DNA of 64,000 bases, from positions 10,106,001-10,170,000 of the forward strand of contig CM119384.1 in the NCBI GenBank assembly GCA_051294905.1. Reading direction: 5' to 3'. The DNA is from Botryllus schlosseri (taxonomy: Eukaryota). The notes beneath the pieces are model-generated. The model saw nothing but the letters and a program-made list of their open reading frames with translations. It was not told the DNA's origin and searched no databases. Positions 24,101 through 36,100 of this stretch are shown here, one piece after another; the stretch's first letter is position 1, and each line of letters opens with the position of its first letter. The position numbers and the translations under genes are program-made.

Positions 24101-27100
24101 ATTTTGCGGTTTTTCAAGGCTGCCCTTATGTTACGTTGATGGCTGCCCCGATTACAGGGTTGAGGTATTGGATCACTGGATTAGAATTTCTCGGTAGCTC
24201 ATTACCTAATGACAGTTTAATGTGACTCTGTCTCACCATTACGTTCCCGGGACTTTTCAGCAGCGGGCTAATAGGAGAGAGCAGCTGCGCCGGAGATTGC
24301 GATTTGCCGCACGGCTCGTCGTCGGAACACGGCGAGAGAGAACTCGGCGACACGCCGCCTGCATTGAGCTGGTTGCGGACAGACTCCAATTCGTGCCTCA
24401 AACGTTCCAATTCATTTTTCGACAAAGGCTGAACACAGACAACGGATGAGATCACCACACTGGCAAAAACATAAAAACACCAAAGCTACCTTCGATGGAC
24501 TTGCGTCCAGACCGACCGTGATCGTGGCCAGGGACCTTCGCGACAATTGCGGCGCGTGCCTCTTGTGAGCGTCCGATTTGTGGTGACCTGCCGCCGCGTT
24601 ACTGTGAGACCTGGACCGGTGGGAATGCGTACTGGACCGCCTGTGCTCCTGGTTGCCGTGATGACCGTGTGGTCTGAAACGAAGTACAGGCTCGTATTTT
24701 ACACACAATTTTACAAAAGACAAGAACAAAGGTTTAGAGGTAGTCAGTAAGGGAGCATGTCTTGCTTTTTCAAAGCCTACTCGAGCAGGTTTTCACGACT
24801 TGCCTGCTCATCTACTCCACAGTGTTCAGTTTTTAGGGCCAAATAACGCCTAGAAAACTTTTTTATTCAATCGGAACCGCCAGTTCTACTGGAGAATAAA
24901 TTAACGATGACACTTCTCCATCCACTCCAGCACCAATGATAGCATACATGTCCACCTTTGGTCATGATTTTAGACTAGTCCCACTTCTAATCAATTGAAG
25001 TTTCCAGGCAAAGCTAGGCCTACGATAATTACTTTTTACTAACTAGGAAACGGCTAACCTCTACTTCTACACGCTTACCGCACTCTTGTACAAACTGCTC
25101 GTTTGAGTAGTTCTCGTTCTAGTCGCGGACATTGGAAAGTGAGTAGCTCTAGTTTCACGTAAGAAAAAAATATCAGTTGACAGACAACTTGAAAGAACGT
25201 GTCGTTTGTTTGTTTGTGCTGCGATTACCAGCTCAGAGTCATCATTACTAACAGTGGCATAGCCAACGGATGGGTTTTTGGGGTAGAAATCGACTCCACT
25301 CCAGAGCCGAGGATAACAAGAAACATACCTCGAGTCTTTACTCTGCCCAATCCGGCCCGGGTGTCCGCCATGCCTGCGCTGCATCTTCATCTGCCTGTGC
25401 TTGTGTGATTTTGACGCCGACGACGAAGAAGAAGCCGGAGACGGCGTCGTGAAAACCGGCGTACGGCCCGTCTGAGACGCCGGCGCGAGCGCGACTGCCG
25501 GTTTTTGAGGAACAGACGCGTTAGACTGAGCCTCGGTCCTCGGAGAGATTTTCACAGCTGCCAATGTGTCGTTGCCCGCGCCAACCGGGGTGACAGGACT
25601 GTCCGGGTTTGTGACGTTATTTTCAGCGAGAGTTTTCAAGGCCGCCTTTGACTCGCCGTCCGGACTTTTAGTCTCAACGTCGTCCGTGGTAGCGTCCGAG
25701 CGGTCCGCTTCCTTACCTCTGTCTGGTGGCCACAACTCTTCATGGCCAGAGTCCTTCAAAACAGTATCAGAACTACCGGTAGCGATATCGTCTTTATCTT
25801 CGATTACAACGTTACCATCGTTAATACCAATTAAACCGGGGGCATCGTCAGCACCACCGTCGCACAGGACAGGAGTATCCCCGGCGGTCGATACCTCGGA
25901 TGTTTCCAAAACACTGTCATTAACATTTTCTATTGCCGCTTCTTCGCTAATATCTTCCGTGACATCATCATCGTCGACAGAACTGATGACGCTCTGGCTG
26001 CTCGGGCCACGCATGGCCTGCACCCTCTCGATCTGTTTCTTCTTCTCTTTCTCCTGCCTCTTGAAGATCTTCTTGATCTGGCTCTCTCTCTTCCGTTCCA
26101 GTTTCTCCAACGCCTTTTTCTCGTCTTCCGTCTCTTTCTTAACGTCGGCCGATTGTACCGGTTTTACCACGGGCATCGGAGGCACCACCGGGGAAACGAC
26201 AGCGGGTTCTTCCAGCACTTTATCATCTTGCGGCATCTCCCCCAACTCTTCCTCCTCTTCTTTCACGGTAACCTCTTCCACTTCTGTTTCGATGATCTCG
26301 TCTTCAGTCACCTCTTCAATCGTGTCCACCACGACCTCTTCCTCAAACGTGACGTCATCTACTTCCACCACCTGGTCCCTGTCCTCCCCTAAAACCGTCT
26401 CGTCCACGACGACTTCAGCTGTAGCCTTGCTCGGCCCGGGCACCTTTTGGGGCTTCAGCTCGTTGAGCTTGCTCCTGGCCTTCTCCGTCAGTTCTTGGAG
26501 CACGACATCCGCGACCTCTTCGGCGTCTTTGGGGTTGAGTCGCTTGTCCGAGTCGAGTTTGGAGAGGAGCTGCTGCAGGCGGACCTTCTCTTTTTCGAGC
26601 TCGGTCAGGGCTCCGTCCTTCTTTCGCCCTTCTTGTGGCTGGTCGTTGCCGGCGGTTTGTTTCTGGGGTTTCGTGAACGCTTTGGGCAACAACGAGAGTG
26701 CGGCTGATAGTGACGCAGCGGTGTAGCCGATGTCGGGGGGACTGTCGGCTTTGTCCTGGTTCGGATCCGGGTCAGAATGCGCAATTTGGGCCGCCTCAGC
26801 TGCCTGCTCCTAAAATATTATTCATATTGTCAAGGAGGATATTTTGGAAATAAGTATACAGTGGCCAAAAAGCATCTAAGACCTGCAGTCCATGGAATCC
26901 TTGGGTCTTAGGATTTTTATACTGGACATGGACAGCGACGAGGCTGTGATTAGGTTTAGGACTGGGTGAGATCTATGACCTACTTTTCAGTCATCAGCTG
27001 CATGGCCAGACTAACACAGGTTTTCTCAATATACCATTGTTTTAACGAATATATTCTTTGTCGGATACTTCACCCTTTCAGTGAATAAAAGTCTAGAAAA

Positions 27101-30100
27101 CCTCCGTGTGTTAACTGTGTTATTAGTAGGGCCATTTAAAGTCATTAAAGTCATATTTTTTTCTATGCATCAGTAAGTCGTGAAATCAATTTTAACGCAA
27201 AACCCCCTTCCATACGGGGTATATTAAGAAAGTTATAAAGTCATATAAAGTCATATTTTCCTGGTTAGGTCATATTTGAGGTATAAAGTCATATTGTTGT
27301 ATACTTTAAATAAAAAGTGTCAATTGAAGCAATTACGCACTAAGAAAGTAAGGCAATTTCTGATTGAACAAAGGCAAACTGTTAGGTTAGCCTACATAAC
27401 ATCACAGTCGCAGTCCGACGAGGTCACACATTGCATTATGAGGTCACACATTCCACTGTGTTGTTATACAATCTGTTTCACTTCTGTGCACTGAAGTGGG
27501 ACGTCATTTGAAGTTCAGAGACTTCCACAAGTGAAAGAAATAGTCAACGCATTGGAAGCTGAAGGAGTTATTGTAAAGAGCTAGCGTCAAAGATTCAGTG
27601 AATGATCCAAAGTTGACGAGTTAACAGAAATATGCCTCCACTATAACAATATTTCAAACTTGATACTGAAAATGGAAAGTTGTACGTACACTATCAAAGA
27701 GGCCCATGCTGATCTAAATGCCATCGAATTCGGAAAAGATCCGCTTGAGCTCAACAATTGCATTAAACGATAGGACAAAAACGATGTGAAACAAATTATG
27801 GAGCTACAAAGACAAGACATTTCACCAGCGCTGTATGCAAAACTGCAGATGTGTCAACCAACATCAGCGTCTGTGGAGCGCTCATTACTAAAGTCATTTT
27901 ACGTCGAAATCATAACTTAAAAGACTCCAACATTCCACACTACATGAAACTGTACTACAAAAGTGATGTGTATTACTGTTATGTTGTTCATGTTTTACTC
28001 GTCAGTTCCATGAGTGACGTTGGTTACATGTAAAAATACACGATATTCGCATAAAGTCATATAAAGTCATATTTTCCAAAAAATAAAGTCATATAATTGA
28101 TTTTTTAAGGTCATATAAAAATGGCCCTAGTTATTAGGTTTTCCTAGACGGGACACAAGTGCCTACCGTAAATCTTACAAAACGAATTGCAACAATCGGC
28201 TTTTATGGTATTTCAAGAAATGTCATTTTCGTTAACATTCGTAACCCTTTGCCACATGTTCGGATGTTGTGATGTAAAGGTGATATTAAAGCGATAATAA
28301 TTGTCCTTAAAAACATAATCACCAGTAGCAAGAATTGTATAAAATCAACACGGGTACTTGAAAAAATGGACTAGCACTGCGCAACTCAAATCATTACAAT
28401 CAATACGCGACTTGGAGCCAAGTCATCATGCCCAGCCATTGTCACGGGTCCTGAACGCCATCCGGTTCGAGTGAAATGACCCACAGGTCGGATTTCTGTG
28501 CCATGCCTTATTCGTAACGGGACAAGACCAAGAAACTCACCTCCGGTTTTACAGTCTCCGGCAACGGTGCCGTGCTATCGTTTCCAGAGTCTTCCTCATC
28601 TTGCATAAACATCTGACTAGCGATAGATAACGGCGCCTCGTGCTTTTGAGAGGGAGTATCGTTTGACGACTTGTGTTTGTGATGGTCCGAGGTCGATTTT
28701 TTCCTTTCGCGCTTCGCTTTGACTGCTGATTGATCTGAAAGTGGAATGAAAATTTATAATTTTTTAAAAACCGACATGCCACAGCTCTTTGATTATGTAC
28801 AGTTGTGGCACCAGGACGCTTCAATAATGATTGATAAGCTCATGGTCTTGTCAACGTTGTAGAATTACAAGGTGACAATAGTGTACCCAATAAGCGTTTG
28901 CATATCTCGGAAAATTGGATGAACAATATGAACATAGAACATTTTGTCATTTCATAGCTCTAGCACTGACACAAAATCAACAGAAGCATAAATACTTTCA
29001 ATATGACTCTCTGGAACTACGAAATTTTCCTTATCTATAAACATTTTGTCTTATTAAAGCCGTCAGTAAGCAGTAGCGGTACAATCGAAGGGGCGCGTCC
29101 ATATACTAATATCTCAAGGGGACAACAGCTTCAGAATATGGCTTTTCCAGAAAATTGGACTGACTTTTCGTCACAGAATACAACAAGCTCTAGCACTCTT
29201 GCAAAATCGAGGGAAGCATAACTACTTTGAATACAATTTTATAAAACTATGGAAATTTTCTTATTTATCAATACTGGTAGCTGGTTCAGAACTTGCAGAT
29301 TGCTTTCCTCGCAAGATCGATTGCAATTCTACATTTAGTTTAGCCTAACTGTCATACCATAGTGGTTATACTTTTGAATCTGTTTGAATCATTTAATATT
29401 CCGATATCTGTTGATAAGAAGCACCCCAAAACAGTCTCCGAGATTAAATAAATGCATTTCAACAAGGATGTTGTGATGACAGTCAGTTATAAATATTAAA
29501 TCTCATATACGGGGAGAGTAATCAGCATCGTAAGCGTCATAAAATGGGCGTACCTGAATCTGGCGAATGCCTCCTTTTCTGTGCGTGAGATGGCCTCTCG
29601 TCCCTGTCCAAATTCGAATCCGGCCTTCTCTTGTGCTCCTTGTATTTCTCTTTCGAGCTCGACGATGGCGTAGCGGTACGCGCCCTTTTCGATAAACTGT
29701 CCTCCCTTTCCTTGGGCTTCGGAGAGTATTCCCTTTTCAGCAAACCCGGTCCGCTGCCTGGCGTGCGGCGTTCCGTTGGAGACACGGCACGATCGCTGCC
29801 AATATCCCGATCTCCGCGGACACGTTCAGCGGGTTTACCGGATTTAGAATGCTTGTGACGAGACGCATCCCTAGAATCGGGCTTGGACTGTTTGCGATAA
29901 TCAAAATCTTTCTCGTAAGTCGTGCCGGTGTCTTTTTTCGTAGGGGGCGGCGAATGAACGCGTTGAATCAACGAGGTCGACCTGGACTTCGATCTTGATT
30001 TTCCGCCCGAGTCCGACTTTGCCGGGGCGGAAGAACCGGCGGCAAACTCCTTCCTGTAATCCTTATCGCGCGGTTTCTCTTCCTCTTTCGGACGAGCTTT

Positions 30101-33100
30101 AGTCCTTTCCAACGACGAAGACTTTGATCCCGATTTCTTAATAATTACTTCGCCGATCAAGTCTTCGTTTTCATCGCGAGTCGGAGTACCGCTGACACTG
30201 CGCCCGTGCTCGGAGTAAGCGGGCGAGTCCGCATGCCAGCGCGGCTCGTCGAAGCTCTCCGGGGTGCGATCGACGCGGACGCCGTCGTCGCGATACTTGT
30301 CGTAACGTCCGCGAGGCGACAGGCTGTCATTTGCCGGGGTTAAATCTGCTGGGGCACGTTTTCGGGAGCGAGATTTCCTGGCCCGTTCTGTAAATTCCAC
30401 GATTCTTTCATCGCTTCGCGGGCTAGGCACTGACAGCTTGTCCTCGTCCAAGTATTCGCGCATGTCCACGTCGCCGCCCCGGGCCGGGTACCGTGGGTCC
30501 GAATGCGTAGACGACTTGCTTTCCATCGAATTCAATCTTTGCAGCGAGTCATATCGAGCCTCGGGTGACGCACTACCTCTTCTGCGAAAAGGGGCATCGC
30601 CCGCCCCCCTTTCCACCCCGTACCTTTCAGGGTCGCGAGGTTGGGGCGACGCACTCCTGCTCCGTCTGGGGTGGTACCGCGGATGAGATGGTGACAAATG
30701 CGCGGCCCTGTTATAGTACCGGTCTCCTGTACTCTGGTCCCTGTCACGAACATAGTCCGCGTCACGCTCTTCTCGGTACCTATCCCGAGCCCCGCCTCGA
30801 TACCGAAAATTTTCTTCATAAGCCGCCCCGGTCCTCGTCGTCTGCTTTCTGGGGTAGCCCCGATGCTCCCGCCGCAAATCATGGTCTCTCTGTCGATAGT
30901 CCTGATCGTATTGCCCCGCACGGTTTCGTCCGTCCGGGTAGCTCTCGTGCTCCCAAGCCTGGTCACGGTGGTAGTCCTGCCTTGGGTGAGCATCATCGTA
31001 ACCCCGCTTGGGCCTGTTGTACCCAGTCTGCTCTGCCGCAAAGCCATGCCGCTCCCGACTGCGAGCCCGCCAGCCCCGCCTGTAATTATTCCCGTCGGCG
31101 TATTGTTCATCGTTATAACCGCCCGGCTGATGACGCTCTTCGTAGTACCCGGCCCTGGGCTCTTGCGACGGTGCCGTGCGGGCATACGCTGCCCCGGCGG
31201 GCGGCAGCGGCGCAGCCACAGGCGACGACGGCGGTTGCAGCAGCTGCCGGATATTCTCCAAGCCCTGGAAGCTCTGCCCCGAGCTTTTCATGTGCTTCAA
31301 GAAAATTTCGACCAGCTCGTTGCTGGCGTAGTCAAGCTTTAATCGGCTGCCGTTGAGTTTTCTGGCGCGCATTTTCTGCATTGCAGACTGCGCGAAATCG
31401 TATTGAGAGTAGAACACCAAAGCCTGGCCGCGGTTTCGGTCGATGACCACGTGCTTTACGGGGCCGTACCTGGAAGAGGCGAGTGTAAACAAGCAAAGTC
31501 CCACAAACATGGCTGGTCAAAGCGGGGTTGTTATGACTCGAGTCCGAGTTGCGATTTTCTAATGACTCGACTTGACTCGAGTCAGTTTCTTGAATTACCA
31601 ATTGAAAGACGTGAATTACATTGTTAATGGATGCTGCTCAGTGGATGTCTTGATAATATATATTATATAGGCATTGAAAAAATGAAGATTAATTTACAAA
31701 AAATAGTATTTATTCACTGTCATAATTCAAAACAATGATAAACCTTGACCTATTTTAAACCCAAGACCAGGGCTGTAATGCGTAAAATGAATCGACTTTG
31801 ACTCGAGTCATTGCGCATGACTCGAACTAAGTCATATGACTCAAGACTCGAACGGCCAAGACCGACATTTCTTTGGAATTTCGAAGAATAGTAAAGTAAC
31901 CACACCACTGGGATTTCGTCTATTGGTACTGGTACCGTACTTGAAAATGCGACTAGAAACTGCTAAGAGTGAGGGAATTAGTATACAATAAATGCGAACC
32001 ATTCGATATCACCAAACAGAGTTATAAAAAGTGGGTTCAACAGACTTCAACTGGAAACTCCACAGCCAACACAATGACTCGGACTTGAGTTATAGTACCA
32101 TGACTCGGACTCGACCGTCTGCTCGCTGACTTGGACTAGACTCGGTGGTGAATTAAAAATGACTCGACCTGACTCGAGTCAAACCTCTAAAAGTGAGATT
32201 GACTTGTGACTCGGAGCCTTGTGACTTGATTACAACCCTGGGTAGTTGGAGTTGGCATCCGAGTGGAAGTAACGACATAAATTCCTACTCAATAACAACA
32301 AGCAGCAACCGTTTTTAAGACATGCGAAAACTACTTCTAGTCGTAGTAGAAAATGAAAGGTTCGAAAAGATTTTGCTGACGAATCTCATACTTTCGTATG
32401 TATCTTTGCGACTAATGCAAGATCAACATCAACATTGTACATATAGATGGGATCATCGAAAATATATCCAGTTATTGTGATACAGCTGTTTCCGACGACA
32501 ATGTTGCTTGTACAAAAGTGACGCTGACTGATCCCAAAAGCACTTTCTCAGTTTCAAAATGCAAATCATAAAATGGAAGGAATATTGCCTAAAAAACGAA
32601 TCAGTAGAAGTGGAAGTTGCCAATTAACATAATCACTGACGTAGTGCAAGTAAAACCTACCAGATTATCGACTACAAACCAAGATTGGGTCTCACCTCAT
32701 GAAGCAACGCGTCAAATAATTTTCCGTGAAGCTGTCCGTAACGCCGTCCACCCAGAGACACGACGATATCACCGTTTTTCCAAACCCAAGCTGAAAACGA
32801 CGGGAGAAAAAAAATAAGCAACGCGTTCCAGACCGATACGGCAGCGACGCAAATACCTTGAGCGTGTTGCGACCTAACTTCTCTCCGTCCATTTTCGTAA
32901 TCGCCCGGACCACGCTCATGATATCCGTGTATTGCAGAAAAGCGTACTGAGGTATGTTGTGCTGTTTCTTGATTTCGATAGCCTGTAATGATCGCAAAAT
33001 TCTAACAACCCTTTCCAATTCTTAGCGACACTACGGCAACGTACCACAATCTCCCCGAATCGAACGAAAATATTTTGAATGTCGCTATATCCCACTGTCT

Positions 33101-36100
33101 TGTCGAGATTACCGACAAACAGAGTCCGCGAAGCTCTCGGGTGAAATTCGTCAATGATGCCCCCGCACTCCTCCAATTCCTGACCGCTTACTGATGAAAC
33201 ACAGGACACAAACGGCCGATTGAAATAACCATAATATCCTGCCGCACACAACCTTACCTTCGCCTTCATAAATACTTGCTTCGATAGCTACCCCGAACAG
33301 TAACTTTGTCCTAGCGTGAGCGATCGCTTTATTTGCTTCGCCGGCGGTGCGGAACAACACAAGCGCGTGTCTGTCATTTCCGTCTCCACGCACTAGCACA
33401 GACTTAACCTTGCCGTATTTTTTGAACTCGTGAAATATGCCGTCCCGGATGCTCGTGACTGAAAGTTGCGAATCGGGTAGACTCATTGTTACCGAATATC
33501 TGACATTTCCGAGCTAATCTAAAGCGAGCACATACTTGTCGGGCGCGAGGGGAGATTCCTAATGCACATTGCCACCAATTTGCGATTTTCCTGCTTTTCT
33601 TCGATTTCATAGCTCGATTCCGAACTGGGAAAAAAAGCGCAAAAACCGTCATTACACAATCAATGCGCCCGTATCGAAAAGCAAATTAATCCCCTACGAG
33701 CTGGCAATACTCGCAATATGCCAAGTAAATACACATTGAAATCTTTTACAAAAAATATAAAACAGCAATCACGCATTTAAATTACGGTACGAGAATGTTC
33801 TTCCGCAGTCAAAGAGACCGGCAATGAATGTTATCAGCGATACACACTTTATCTGACACTGCTTATTTTACATCCGACGCAAGCTTGATTGAACGAACGC
33901 GTTTAAGAAATGATTGTAGTCATCTAGAAAATTCTCAAATCGATGGTTCTAATCAAAGTGAGAACGGTATCTCGCTCAAATCCGTATTTAATCAGACGCT
34001 GTGCTAAGCCACAGAGAAATTGCTAATAAAAAATTGTTTTCACAACAATCACGATGAATAATTTTACATTCCAAGAATGAAAGCGATGGGACCAAACTAT
34101 AATAAATTTCAGAACCGGGAAAGCCATGAAAATAGACTATATAAGGATGAAAAATTGCACTTGAAAATCCCTACCTTGCCGAATTGCTGCGATGTGTCTT
34201 GGAAGAATTGCTGGATCCGGTCGAAGACGACGAAGAGACAGAAGACGACCTATGACCCTCGCTGACACTTCTGCCTGCGCTCGCACTGGTAGAAGATCTA
34301 CCTTCGCTGGAGCTACCTTGCCTTTTACTTCCTGAAACCACAAATTAGTTTGAATCGTGCGGCATGTCACGGACCAGGGCTCACAACACTACCAAGTACC
34401 TGATCTTGACGGACTTGATCCGCTCGAGGTGCAAGATTTTCTTTGTCGGATAGTTGGCGAACGACCTCGCTCTTTGGTAATTTTTGGTTTACCTATCAAA
34501 CATATATACCATCAACCAACCAGAACTAAAATGAGCAACTTGAGAATGAAAAAGAAATTCAATCAAAAGCTTAACCGAGATGTGGTCTTATTGCAATCGG
34601 ACTAGTGGGTTGAACTTTCATGAAAAATCAAATGGCTTATATTAAATGATCAGCGAGTTTGAGTAGTTTTGAACAAAAACGGCCGACAATCTGGTTTCAA
34701 TTCATGTCACACTTAGAACTTACACATGACCAGCTTTGCATTACGAGTTATCTCTGAGGCAAGCAGTCAAATATGCCAGCTATAAATAGATAACAGAAAC
34801 CACATAAGTCATGCTACTATTGGAGAGCTAAGACAGTGAATCAGAACCTATACCACAAGTCAAGTGCATAATCTCATATTTATGAACAAAAAGTTGGCCG
34901 TCAGACATTAATTGCAACTAAACCATGACTCTACGAATGGTGCCGCTTTTTTTACCATTGCTTTGCTTGAAAGAACATAGTAAACACTGTGAGATGACTA
35001 AGTAGCCTCTGCAATGCAACATCTAAAATGCCTGTTGAAGCATGACGTGAAGTTACATGGGAAAGCCATAGGCAAAGAACACATAAAGAAGCCATAACAG
35101 TTGATTGATCGCAAATTCTTACTACAGTACATCTAAGTGTATGAAGTTGCCTAAGGCTGAACCACATTAGCTGTCAGGCAAGGAAATAATAACAAAACAA
35201 GGACATAGTCGCATTTTACCATATTTGAAAAACAAGCGACGGTTCTTATCATACTATTCTTGATTTACGTAACAAGAAAAATACCGAGTAGTTAAATAAG
35301 AAAGAAAACCAGCAAGTCATACCTCAGTAGTGGAAAATTGTAATATGAGAGAAATTTGCTTGCTACTGGCACTTTCCCTCAAGCATTACGTAGTGAACAA
35401 TAAAATAAGACTCGGTCTCAGAATCATTATTTCAGTTCGACTCATTTTCAATGCAATTTTAAGAGCCACATTCTGTTTCGCACAGTTGGAGAAGCTAGTT
35501 CCCCTGACCATCCTCAGTCATAGTCGGCATAACCGTTATTAAAGTCATTTTTGCCGCAAAATCTCACCGGTAATTCAAAAAGAAGGAGTACATTACCTTT
35601 CTTCAATTTCAGCCTTCCGTCTTCATCCTTGTTCTTCGGTGCTTTACCGTCCAGTCTTTTTTTACTGCAGATACGACAAAACGAAATCTCTATAATTCAT
35701 TCTAAATTTTGATGTACCGTATGTACCATTCTATTAAGACTTATAAGCACGTGGAGGCGTGATGGAGGTTGGTTGCGAATCGTTAGAGGGGTGCAAGTCA
35801 CCAGGATAAAATGAGGTGATTACAAAAAGGCATAAGGTTTATTTGGTAGGCAGATCACTTCGATATGAATATTTTATAAGTAGCTCACATATTCATCTCC
35901 TTATACTAACCAGACTCCAAGTCCAAAATACAATCAATCGAAATTTTTCAATGCAACTACAAACATTCTATGAAATATTCTGCAACATCAGAAGTGGTTA
36001 AGATTTCAGTTACCACATTATTATTGTTGCGACTGCCCGGGCTGTGGAAAAATTGCGCTTACAGAAAGATACCAAGTTTGTGAATATCCACCTAGGTCTA

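Noticed and set aside
25566-26726. 386-aa Ser-rich + strand ORF
   Set aside because: Antisense shadow of SPEN exon 15.
28400-28530. GGTTCGAGT box-B-like motif as a tRNA gene or SINE
   Set aside because: No cloverleaf, box A or second copy could be identified.
30438-31356. Overlapping 200-260 aa ORFs on both strands
   Set aside because: Alternative-frame and antisense shadows of GC-rich SPEN exon 13.
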